This document shows positions 10,223 through 19,993 of a DNA stretch of 64,000 nucleotides, in pieces. How positions within the stretch are numbered: position 1 is the first letter of the stretch; each line of letters starts with the position of its first letter. The notes under the pieces are model-generated. The model was not told the DNA's origin. It was given only the letters and a program-made list of their open reading frames with translations, and ran no database searches. A program made the position numbers and the translations under genes. Origin of the DNA: Caecitellus pseudoparvulus (Eukaryota; Protista; Bigyra: Bicosoecida); assembly GCA_965644315.1 (NCBI GenBank), contig CBFFRQ010000043.1:682001-746000 (forward strand), written 5' to 3'.

Positions 10223-13200
10223 ATGGCAGATCGCCAGGAGCTGTTCGAGGGAGATGCCGATGCCGTGGAGCAAGATGCACTGGCCAGGGCCCGGCAGCTG
10301 GCCACGCTGCGCATGACGCTGGCCGCCCGGGCTGCCTCGCCACCAGTTGATCTAAGCTGCGTTGAAGCACCTGGTGCAGCGCCGCCCGCCACTGCCCTGC
10401 CCGCGGATGAGGAGGGCCGCCCCAGCAACCGCACCACTGCCAGCGCCTACGTGGCCCACAAGGCAGCCCTGGCGGCAATGCGTCGCAAGGGCAAGGCTGG
10501 CGACGGCAAGGGCCCTCGTCGCCGCCGAGGCAGCGTGGGCAGCACCGCCAGCGCAGGGAGCTTGGACGGCAGCCAGACGGGGACGTCCCCAGCACGGGGG
10601 CCAGCCAGTGCCACCGCAGGCCGCAGCAGCGCAGACGGGCAGCCAGCGTCCCCCCCACGCCCCCCTGTCATGCTGCGTGCAGCCAGCGCGCCCTCCCCTA
10701 CCTACGCGTCAGCAGGGGGCGCTGGCGGAACAGAGGACACGGATGCCGCCCGCCTGGACCTGTTCCGACTGGACGCCCTGCCGTTCATGCAGGGCACGCG
10801 GGGTGCGACGCCCCTCTTCACCCCTGGCGCCGGCACGGGCATCCGAGTGTCCCTGACGCCCAACCCCGCCAGTGACGCGGATACCCACCGCCTGGCGGCA
10901 GCCACCGCCCGAGCCATGGGCACAGGCTTCAGCAGCATGCCAGACGCCACCCCGTCTCCGGGTGGCTCCCCCTCTGCCTTTGTGGGGACTGGCGCCGCCC
11001 CTGGGTCGGGCTCAGAATCGCCCAGCGCACAGGTTGGCAGGTCTGCCGCACTGAGCCGGGCGCCAGGTGAGGGTGCAGTGGCGGCGGCAGCGGCAGCGGC
11101 TGCAACGGCTGCCGTGGCACCCGGTGGCGGCGTGCAGTTTGAAGGCGTGGAGGGCGCCAGTCTGGCAAGCGAGGGCGAGGACGACGACGATGCAGGGTGG
11201 TTGCCGGTGGAGCTGGAAGGCGCCTTCCAGCGCGTGGTGATCACGGGGCACGAGTATTACTCCGAAGAGAGCCGCAAGGTGTGCAGGGAGCTGATGGAGG
11301 TGCTGAAGCTGCGCACGAAGCACCACTACGTCGCCCCCGAGCCGTACTGGGGGGCCTGGCACCCCTGTGAATTCGAAGCGGTGGAGGGCGGGGGGGGGAC
11401 GGACACCCCTGCGGCACCCCCTGGCTTCTCGCGTGAGCCCACGTACGTGGACGAGCAAGGGACCATCCTGGGGCTCATCGGACACGGGACCCTGCGGCCC
11501 ACCTCCTCCACCATGGAGGCCTCCTCCACCTGCAGCACGGTGGAGCTGGGATCCCAGGGCACCCCCCTCGCGCCTTCGGGCATGCCCCCCCCCATTCGAG
11601 TGCCTGGCGAGGGCAGCTCCCCAGGCGGTGCAGCGAGTGAGGCGGAGGCGGGCGGCGATCCCCGCCTCTTTTACCGCCGGCGCCCTGAGCTGCCGTTCAA
11701 GGTGTTCGGGCGCAAGGAAATCCCGCCCCCCCCCGCAGTGCGCTTCGCGTACGTGGCAGTGGACGGCATCATCACAGCCCACCACGTGGGGACGCCGGCA
11801 CCGGGCGTCCGACCCTCCGCCGCTGAGCAGGCAGGGACGGGCGGAGTCGGCCTGGACTACACCATCTCCCCCAAGCACGTCTGCAGCGCGGCAGAGGCAG
11901 AGGCGCTGGGCGTGCCGCCCGACAGCCGCATCTTCGGCACCATGCCCCTGCCGGGGGAGGTGCTGGCGCCGGCCCACTTCCAACCGCCTTCCTTCGAGGA
12001 GTTCCAAGCCGACTACTTCCGAGTGGTGCGCCTGATTCACTGGGCGCCCGCCAAGACCTTCTGCTACCGCCGCCTGCAGCTGCTGCAGAGCCGCTTCCAG
12101 CTGCACAAGATCCTGAACTCGCCGCTGGAGGTGGAGGAGAGCAAGGGTGTGCCCCACCGCGACTTCTACAACGTGCGCAAGGTGGACACGCACGTGCACC
12201 ACTCCGCCTGCATGACGCAGAAGCACCTGCTGCGCTTCATCAAGCACAAGCTGAAGAAGCACCCCAACGAGGTGGTGAAGGAGCGGGACGGCCAGCCCGT
12301 CACCCTGGCGCAGGTGTTCCGGGAGCTGAACCTGACGGCGTACGACCTCAGCATCGACACGCTGGACATGCACGCGGACGACACGTTCCACCGCTTTGAC
12401 CGGTTCAACCTCAAGTACTCCCCCATTGGACAAAGCCTGCTGCGGGAGGTGTTCCTGAAGACTGACAACTTCCTCGGCGGGCGGTACCTGGCAGAGATCA
12501 CCCGGCAGGTGTTTGACGACCTGGAGAGCTCCAAGTACCAGCTGGCTGAGTACCGCCTGAGTGTGTACGGGCGGCGCCCCAGCGAGTGGGGCAAGCTGGC
12601 CCGGTGGGTCACCCGGCACAACTTGGCCTCCCGCAACGTGCGGTGGATGATCCAGATCCCCCGCCTGTACGAGATCTACAAGGCGCAGGGGCTGGTGCAG
12701 AGTTTCCAGGACATGATCGACAACCTCTTCCTGCCCCTGTGGGAGGTGTCGGTGAACCCCGAGGTGGACCTGCCCCTGCACCACTTCCTCACCCTCGTCG
12801 TCGGCATCGACATGGTGGATGACGAGAGCAAGCAGGAGTCCGCCCGAGACGCCAAGGTGCCGCCGCCCCACCAGTGGACCTTCAAGCATGCCCCGCCGTA
12901 CTACTACTGGGTGTACTACATCAACGCCAACATCCAGTCCCTGAACCACTTCCGAGCCAGCCGTGGCCTGAGCACCTTTGCCTTCCGCCCCCACGCGGGG
13001 GAGGCTGGCGAGGTGGACCACCTGGCCGCCACCCTCCTCACAGCCGAAGGCGTGAACCACGGCATCACCATGCGCAAGAACCCCACGCTGCAGTACCTGT
13101 ACTACCTCTCCCAGATCGGCCTGGCCATGAGCCCCCTGTCCAACAACAAGCTCTTCCTGGAGTACAACTCCAACCCCTTCTTCGCCTACTTCCAGCGAGG

Positions 13201-13693
13201 CCTGAACGTGTCCCTGTCCACAGACGACCCCGCCCTCTTCCACTACACCCGGGAGCCCCTCGTGGAGGAGTACTGCGTCGCCGCCCAGGTGTGGAAGATG
13301 AACAGCGTGGACATGTGCGAGATCGCCCGCAACAGCGTCCTGCAGAGCGGCTTCGAGCACCCCTGGAAGCGGTACTGGCTGGGGGAGGACTACGCCATCC
13401 CCGGCCCCCGCGGCAGTGACATCCACCTCACCAACGTCCCCAACATCCGCCTGCAGTTCCGCTTCGAAACGCTCATGAACGAGCACGGTGTGGTGCAGGA
13501 GGGCAGCGGCATCCTCACGTCCCTCCCCGTGGAAGTCACGCCCTTCCCCCCCACACCCCAGGCCCTCACCCAGGACGCCAAGGACCAGGCCCAAGGCCGG
13601 CCCAAGTCGGCCCCGGCAGCAGGCGCACCTGCGCCCATCCTGCCCCTGTCGCCCGCCCTGCCTGCCATGGCGGCCCACGGCACCAAGGCCTGA
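10223..13693 (+). CDS. AMPD: AMP deaminase
   Basis: Single 1156-aa ORF. Motifs PHRDFYNVRKVDTHVHHSACM, FRPHAGEAG, SPLSNN, SLSTDDP. Long low-complexity N-terminus. Confidence 0.97.
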   Translation: MADRQELFEGDADAVEQDALARARQLATLRMTLAARAASPPVDLSCVEAPGAAPPATALPADEEGRPSNRTTASAYVAHKAALAAMRRKGKAGDGKGPRRRRGSVGSTASAGSLDGSQTGTSPARGPASATAGRSSADGQPASPPRPPVMLRAASAPSPTYASAGGAGGTEDTDAARLDLFRLDALPFMQGTRGATPLFTPGAGTGIRVSLTPNPASDADTHRLAAATARAMGTGFSSMPDATPSPGGSPSAFVGTGAAPGSGSESPSAQVGRSAALSRAPGEGAVAAAAAAAATAAVAPGGGVQFEGVEGASLASEGEDDDDAGWLPVELEGAFQRVVITGHEYYSEESRKVCRELMEVLKLRTKHHYVAPEPYWGAWHPCEFEAVEGGGGTDTPAAPPGFSREPTYVDEQGTILGLIGHGTLRPTSSTMEASSTCSTVELGSQGTPLAPSGMPPPIRVPGEGSSPGGAASEAEAGGDPRLFYRRRPELPFKVFGRKEIPPPPAVRFAYVAVDGIITAHHVGTPAPGVRPSAAEQAGTGGVGLDYTISPKHVCSAAEAEALGVPPDSRIFGTMPLPGEVLAPAHFQPPSFEEFQADYFRVVRLIHWAPAKTFCYRRLQLLQSRFQLHKILNSPLEVEESKGVPHRDFYNVRKVDTHVHHSACMTQKHLLRFIKHKLKKHPNEVVKERDGQPVTLAQVFRELNLTAYDLSIDTLDMHADDTFHRFDRFNLKYSPIGQSLLREVFLKTDNFLGGRYLAEITRQVFDDLESSKYQLAEYRLSVYGRRPSEWGKLARWVTRHNLASRNVRWMIQIPRLYEIYKAQGLVQSFQDMIDNLFLPLWEVSVNPEVDLPLHHFLTLVVGIDMVDDESKQESARDAKVPPPHQWTFKHAPPYYYWVYYINANIQSLNHFRASRGLSTFAFRPHAGEAGEVDHLAATLLTAEGVNHGITMRKNPTLQYLYYLSQIGLAMSPLSNNKLFLEYNSNPFFAYFQRGLNVSLSTDDPALFHYTREPLVEEYCVAAQVWKMNSVDMCEIARNSVLQSGFEHPWKRYWLGEDYAIPGPRGSDIHLTNVPNIRLQFRFETLMNEHGVVQEGSGILTSLPVEVTPFPPTPQALTQDAKDQAQGRPKSAPAAGAPAPILPLSPALPAMAAHGTKA

Positions 13694-13717
13694 GCGCAGC
13701 CGCCCGCAACACTAGCC

Positions 13718-13725
13718 AATGCATT
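13718..13725. terminator. Palindromic AATGCATT, candidate bidirectional mRNA 3'-end signal
   Basis: Lies between the convergent AMPD stop (13693) and TPR-gene stop (13748). AATGCA recurs just downstream of many stops. Confidence 0.55.
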
Positions 13726-13747
13726 GCCTACCCCTGCAGACCCGATC

Positions 13748-15450
13748 CTACGGGGCCGGCTGGGAAGCCAGTGTCGCCGGCACAGGCGCGCCAGCCGGCC
13801 TGGCAGCCGCTGCCGCTGCCACTGCGCCCTCCCCCACGGCTGCGAAGTACGCCTGCAGCTGCTGCGCCGCCACGGCCATGCCCAGCTGGCACCGGTCCAG
13901 GCGAGCCTGGGGCATGTCCCGGCAACCAGCTGCTGCCCGGCTGGCTTCGTGAAAATGAGCGGCGGCGTCCCCCAGCCGGCCACCGGCAAAGGCGATGGTG
14001 CCCAGGGCGGAGTGCCCCCTGCCCACGTTGCGGGGGTCGTCCCCCTTCGCGTGCAGCTGCAGCAGGGTGGTGAGGGCGTCCTTGGCCCGCTCCAGGGGCA
14101 GGGGACCCATGGTCAGGCACCGGGCGGTGCCTTGCACAGGGACAGCAGAGCTGTGCACAGGCTGCGCCGGTCGTGAGGGGGACTGGGGGCCAGGCGCAGC
14201 CCCCCCTCCCGCTGCGCTGGCAGGGGGGGTGGAAGACGTGCTTGCCTGCGGGGCGGAGCCGCGCACCAGCCGGCGCCGTCGCCCTGCAAAGGCGCCCCCC
14301 TGCTGGACAGGCGCCGGGGACGGCGACGGCACGACACACGTGGCGTTCAGCCCAATGTGCCCCGCCGCCAGCATCTCCCCTGCGTCGTCGCCCTCCGCCA
14401 GGGCCAGCTTCAGGGCGGCCTGGAAGCAGGCGTCGCTGTCGTCCAGGTTGCGCAGGGCACGGTGCACCATGCCGGCGTTGACGAGGGCGATGACGCGGCC
14501 CTGGGGCGTGGGGGCGGCCTTGGCGTGCTCTGCGTGGAAGATGAGGGCGCCCTCCAAGTCCCCAGCGGCTGCCGTGGAGATTGCGAGGGCGTTGAAGCCG
14601 AGGGCTTCCGCCTGGCGCTGTGGCGCGCTCATGCCAGCGCGAAGAGAAGCCGTCGTGGCGACCGACGCCTCAGCCAGCGCAGCGTCGCCCGCCCCTGCCT
14701 CCGACTTGGACGTGCGCGAGGACCAGAGGGGCGGCGGCACGCTGCCCGACGTGGCGCCCAGCCGAGCAGACAAGCTGCCTGAGCCATCATGAGCCGCGTC
14801 GGCCTCTGCCGCAGCCCGCACTGCCGCGATGAACTTCTTGTAGCATGCGATGGCCTTGGAGTGCTTCTGGGCGTTGTCCGCGACGACACCCAGGTTGAAA
14901 TGGGAGATGGCAGCCTTCAAGGGGTCACCAGCTCGGCGTGTCGAGGAGGCCAGGATCTTGTAGTCTGCCTTCTTGCTCAAGTTAGTGTCGGGGACGGCAC
15001 TCCTGTACAGCGAGTCGGGGCCAGCCAGCGTGCGGGGCGGTGCAGGGCAACTCCAGTGCCACAGCAGTAGCAAAGCAAAGTGCTGCATGCGTGACCTATC
15101 ATCGCGACATTCGCCACCTCTTTGCCTCGCACCAGTCACACCCAGAGAACGAGCTGCTACAATTGCCACAAATCCAGCAGAAATGCAATTGGAACTCACT
15201 TTGCTGAGGCCTTGATGCGCTCAAAGTGCACCTGGTATGCTCCCTGGGCCCGCACTGGCGTGCTGCGCAGCGGAGCTTGGTAGTGAGCTGGTGGCTGCAC
15301 CCTCGTGAAGTCCACCAGGCTAATGTGAGTGTCGCCCTCTGAAGAGCCCAGCGTGGAGGTCATGCGCATGTCAAAGGTGGACGTCTTCTCCCCTGGACGA
15401 GCGCGGTGGCTGCTGCCCGTGCTCCGAGCACTGGCCTGCATTGACTGCAT
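13748..15450 (-). CDS. Tetratricopeptide-repeat protein
   Basis: Exon 1 15450-15200 ends at a GTGAGT donor. Downstream exon has TPR-like helices (SHFNLGVVADNAQKHSKAIACYKKF; ALVNAGMVHRALRNLDDSDACFQAAL). Confidence 0.7.
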
Positions 15451-15995
15451 CTTGTCTGCCTTCGACTCTTCTCGGCCGCCGCAGCCCGTCTCTCGTCTGC
15501 GCAAGAGGCAGGCTGGGTGTAACCCCAACAAGAGCGTGGGCAGAGCGGGAATCAGTTCGGACAACGTGATTTGACTGCGGCGTTCGAGTGACTTGCCAGC
15601 TGCTGAGAATTAGAGCTAGAGGCTGCAAATCTCCCTCGCATCTGTCAAGCCGCCTTCAAAATCATTCTTCTGTCTGCATGTGTGGGATATTCTGGCAAAT
15701 TCTTGGTTATTGGGATTGCACCCCTGTGCGAAGCTCGTGCGGCCGCAGGGGAGCGCGGGTGGCTGCGCCACTCATGGCCAGAAACGCTGACGCGGACAAC
15801 ATTGCACTGCGCCGCCCTGCCACACACCAGACCTGGTCGTTAAATAACAATCGCAGATGCTATCGCCCTCCATGCACACGGCATGCACGCGAGCTCTCCT
15901 CATTTAGTGCCACTGCTGGCTGGCATGGAAACGCACCACACAGCTCAGTAGGCCTGCAGGGTGCATTGGTAAACACTGGGGGGCCAGATTCAGTG

Positions 15996-18887
15996 TCATG
16001 CTGACGGTGTCGGCCTTGAGGGTGCCAGGGGGTTTGAGCCGACAAAACCATCCCCAGTGGGGACCGGGGGCGGGGCAACACCTCCGCCCTGCATCTGCTG
16101 GCCAACCGCAGGCGCTGAGCCCTGCTGGGGCTGCGTGGACTGCGCCGTGCTTGGTGGAGCTTGGTCTTTTCCTGGTTGTGAGGCTGCTGCGGCTTGGGGC
16201 TCCCCAGAGGAGGTGCCCTTGGAGGAGGAAGGCGTCGAGTCGCTGCCACGGAACTTGAACCACCACACTGCAGCCAGGGCGGCTGCAATGACCACCACGG
16301 CAGCAATCACACCGCCTGCAATAGCCCCTGTGTTGCCGTCACCCTCTTGACCCTGACTGGATCTCGCAGCCCCACTTCCGCCTTGTCCGCTGGTGAGCAC
16401 TGGAGTGGTGCTCGGGCGTGTCGATGAAGTGGGTGAAGGAGACACAGAAGATGAAGGAGACACAGAAGATGAAGGAGTCACAGATGATGATGGAGACGCC
16501 GTTGGCGACACTGAAGGGGATGGGGTCGGCTCAAGAGCACACACCCGTGCCCAGCTCTTCAGCGGAGAGGTGAGGGGGTGGTCAGTTTTCGACCATGCAC
16601 TCAGAAGAGTATGGCCTTCAAAACTTGGAAAGTCGAGGACAACCTCATCCACCTCAACGTCAAGTGCGGTCCTCCCGTACCACAGTTCGGCTTCGCCAGT
16701 TTTGTAGCTGCTGGGGCATTCACCTGAACTGAGCCGGACGGGGTCGAACTCAAGCTCCATTTCAAAGGATGGCGTTACCGTTACCGGGACAGTGTCGAAC
16801 AGCGTCATGTGAAACCGAGCGCCGAACTGGTACTTCGCAACTCCAGCTTGCACATCATCCTCCGACGTCGTTACAAAGGGTCCAATGTTGTTCTGCGACA
16901 CAGCGATGTTTGGAACTTGTTGCCACCCAGGGTTGCTCTCCCTGACAAAGCTGCCACAGAAAGCCCACTTGAAGCCATTCTCTCGGTAAGGCTCCACTAC
17001 ACTGGACGTACAGCCTTCATTCAGGTAGCAAATGTCTCTATGGTACACGTTCGTGTCGTTGCACTGGCTGATGCAAAAGCAGCTTGAGCCGCTGCTTGGC
17101 TTCAGTTTGTTCGAGTAGAGCACGCCCCAGTTTGAACCATGAAGCGTGTACGAAGCCCCAAACTCTGCATGCACATTTTCCATCGTCGACTCTGGCTTCC
17201 GCCAAACGAGGCTGGTGTCCACGTCGATCCGCACAGGTAGGCTGCCGACCATTGTGGTCAGCTCTTGCAACGCAACGCGAGGCGTGAGATCGGACCAGGT
17301 GGAAACTGTGTGTATGGCTTCGTCTGACACAACAAGGGTCTTCCCTTCTCCGGTGAGGGTGCTATACGCAAGAAGGTGGGGGATTCCAACTTCTTCAGGG
17401 CTCGAGAAGGCAATAAGTTGAACAGTCAAAGATCCGCGGAAGGTGAAATAGGTGTCCTCGAACCAAAGGCTATTCATGGAGCTGGTTGAAAAGGGGAACA
17501 GCTTGTCTTGCACTACCTGACCAGAAAAGGAGTTCCAGTTCCATGTTGGCATGTCCGCATTGCAAAGGAGGTAAGCATAACCAGAATACGTAAATGATGT
17601 GAAACTGCTGTCTGGGCATGCCAAACTCGTGCGGCGCTTCGCGTCTGCTTCCGTCTCATCGGAGGCAGGACCTGGCAGCAGGGCGGTGTCGTTCTGTGGC
17701 TTGCCTGGGGACACGTGCATCACCGTCTCCATCATGGCCGCACCAGCGAGAGGAGAGAGGACCTTCACGCGCATGGTGTACTGCAACAGGCCGGACTCTA
17801 GCAACGTGTCGGCCACGTCCAGCACGCGCACCAGGAAGCTGTTGTCCTCGTGGGAGTCATCCACATTGCAGCCCCAGTGCGTGTCACCTTCCAGTGCTGT
17901 GACGTTGGCTTCGATGGGCAGTGGGTGTGCGGACGTGACGGTGATCACTGGGGCTGCGGTGCAGTTTACCTCCAGCACCTCTGCCCGATCATCCAGGGAC
18001 AGCACCTCGGGGCGCACCAGCACATCGTACCCGACGCTGATGTTCCCCATCGACTCACTTGAGGCGCTGGCCAGCATGCGGTGGCGGCGGGATCCATCGT
18101 GGAGGGTGTACAGGGGCTTCGTTCGCAGAGTGATCAGGTGCAGGGGGCTCTTCAGCACAGGTGGTGACAGTGCACGGCGATGCACCGATGCAGCGGGATG
18201 CTGGGCTTCCAGAAGTGCACGGGCCCCAGTGTGGTCAAAGGAGTGGGTCGCAGTTGGGTAGGCGAAGTTCAGCAACGGCTTGGGGGCAGAGGCGTCTGCA
18301 GCAGCTGCTCTCCGGTGCGGAGTGCACCACGCAGCTTTGAAGCCTGAGCTGTCGGCAGCTCTGGCGACACGCCGCATGTACTTGTCTGCAAGAGAATCAG
18401 ACCTCAAGCTGCTGGCTTCGGGGCAGTCTTGCACAAAGGTGTACACGGCGGTGAGGACGTGGCGTTGCACTTCGGCGTGGTCGGCGGAGTGGACGCCGGA
18501 ATCAAGTGTGACGAACACCCGTTCTTGAGCAAGTGCTACGCGAGCCTCGGCGTGCTTCTTTGCTGTCTCGGGCATGGCAGTGTCAACCATGAGCTTGGCA
18601 GCGCTCATGAGGGCAGGAGCGTCGTCATTGGCGTATAGTGGAATGCTGACATGCAACGCGGCCCGCGCAAAGTACTCGTCATCGAACTCGCTCAGTCCCC
18701 ACCCGCCCGGGGACTTGCTGACCAGCCTGGAGAAGATGTCTGGAATATCATGTCTGGTCTCAGAGCTGTACGCTTTGAACTTCACGGGGTCGTTGTGGTT
18801 TGGCGGTGTCAGTTTTGCACGAGCGGGTGTGAGAACGCAGCACAAAGTTGCCGCCCCGAACAGGAGCAGCCGCAGAGGCTGGCGCAT
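15996..18887 (-). CDS. Orphan type-I membrane surface protein (about 960 aa)
   Basis: Intronless. Signal peptide MRQPLRLLLFGAATLCCVLTPARA, large ectodomain with a Cys cluster, Ser/Pro/Thr stalk, TM (AIAGGVIAAVVVIAAALAAVWWF) followed by KFR, low-complexity tail ending ..SNPL.. Confidence 0.8.
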   Translation of the reverse strand: MRQPLRLLLFGAATLCCVLTPARAKLTPPNHNDPVKFKAYSSETRHDIPDIFSRLVSKSPGGWGLSEFDDEYFARAALHVSIPLYANDDAPALMSAAKLMVDTAMPETAKKHAEARVALAQERVFVTLDSGVHSADHAEVQRHVLTAVYTFVQDCPEASSLRSDSLADKYMRRVARAADSSGFKAAWCTPHRRAAAADASAPKPLLNFAYPTATHSFDHTGARALLEAQHPAASVHRRALSPPVLKSPLHLITLRTKPLYTLHDGSRRHRMLASASSESMGNISVGYDVLVRPEVLSLDDRAEVLEVNCTAAPVITVTSAHPLPIEANVTALEGDTHWGCNVDDSHEDNSFLVRVLDVADTLLESGLLQYTMRVKVLSPLAGAAMMETVMHVSPGKPQNDTALLPGPASDETEADAKRRTSLACPDSSFTSFTYSGYAYLLCNADMPTWNWNSFSGQVVQDKLFPFSTSSMNSLWFEDTYFTFRGSLTVQLIAFSSPEEVGIPHLLAYSTLTGEGKTLVVSDEAIHTVSTWSDLTPRVALQELTTMVGSLPVRIDVDTSLVWRKPESTMENVHAEFGASYTLHGSNWGVLYSNKLKPSSGSSCFCISQCNDTNVYHRDICYLNEGCTSSVVEPYRENGFKWAFCGSFVRESNPGWQQVPNIAVSQNNIGPFVTTSEDDVQAGVAKYQFGARFHMTLFDTVPVTVTPSFEMELEFDPVRLSSGECPSSYKTGEAELWYGRTALDVEVDEVVLDFPSFEGHTLLSAWSKTDHPLTSPLKSWARVCALEPTPSPSVSPTASPSSSVTPSSSVSPSSSVSPSPTSSTRPSTTPVLTSGQGGSGAARSSQGQEGDGNTGAIAGGVIAAVVVIAAALAAVWWFKFRGSDSTPSSSKGTSSGEPQAAAASQPGKDQAPPSTAQSTQPQQGSAPAVGQQMQGGGVAPPPVPTGDGFVGSNPLAPSRPTPSA
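16435..16488. repeat. 18-bp tandem repeat x3 encoding the (S/T)PSSSV stalk
   Basis: gaaggagacacagaagat twice, then gaaggagtcacagatgat. Confidence 0.85.
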
Positions 18888-19993
18888 GTTGACTTGAAGC
18901 AAGAAGTGGCAGAGCAACAATAAAGATGGCAGCATGGAAGCTTGGGATGGTGTCTGTTGTGGTTTGGATTTGTCGTGCAGGCAGCATTGTGGCTGACGCA
19001 CGGGGCAGCCCTCGACGAACGCATGTGCACCCCCCCCCCATGCTTCCAGCCGTATGAAGCCAAATGGCCCTGCTGGCGGCTGGCCAGCTCGCAAGTCCCT
19101 CGAATACGACTGTCCAATGCCGTACTCAAGTGCTTGTACATTGTCTCAGGCTCCCGGCCGTGTGACCCGTGTGGCTCGCGGAGCTCACCTCAAATTGTTG
19201 CCGCTTTGCCCAACCTCCCCACGGATCGCTTCACCCCAGCTCCTGCCGATGATATGCGCATTTGCTTGCATGCAACCGAAGCAACTGGCAAAGGACACTC
19301 TATGAAAACGGGAAAAAGGACTGCGCAGCCACGCTCCTTCTTGAGCTAAGTCTGTGAAGCTCTCGCAAAGTTTGCGACGAGCTAGGCTCACACACTCCAC
19401 TCTCAGGGCGGCGATGGCTGTGCAGCGGCTCACCGCTCCGGCTGCATAAAACATCCCAAGTCGCTGATTGAGACTGACGACAACACATCGTGAGTTCATC
19501 GTGACTTCTCACGGCACTGCCGGACAAACTGCCCCGTTGCTGGAGGCTGCGGCCGGTGCACAACGTCCACACCTTCTGCCAGGTCGGCGCGAGAGACGAG
19601 TTGAACAAGTGCTGTAGTATGTCCACCCCAGCTAAATTAGCATCGCTTTGAATCCAGAGGCGGGCATTCTTTCAGTGTCTCACGTCTCTCGCGTGGGGAG
19701 ATGCAGGTTCGAGCAGTTGAGCTGAAGCGTGTCCGCGGTGATGAAACCTGACGCCACCGCACTTGTAAGTGCGGATGAAACTTGCACGCACAGACCCCAG
19801 CTTGTGCATGCGAGGCAATCAGCGCACGGCGGGGGAAGGGCGGCGGATCTGAAAGGCTGTATTTGTCACGACGCTGCCAACGGCTCACGGTGTCGGCCAC
19901 ACCGATGCCTGCCTCGCCAGCTTTGCCACCAATCCTAAATGCAACCAGCAAGGCTGACACCTTGGGTGGGAATCTGCCGTCACAGGCCAGGTT

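Noticed and set aside
11012-13678. 888-aa antisense ORF and many other long shadow ORFs (e.g. 8321-9967, 37788-39353, 59298-61256)
   Set aside because: They mirror real genes with high GC3, which removes antisense stops. No recognisable motifs.
15570-19990. Transposon or endogenous virus as the explanation of the lower-GC island
   Set aside because: No transposase, integrase, capsid or polymerase motifs, and no terminal repeats or target-site duplication were found.
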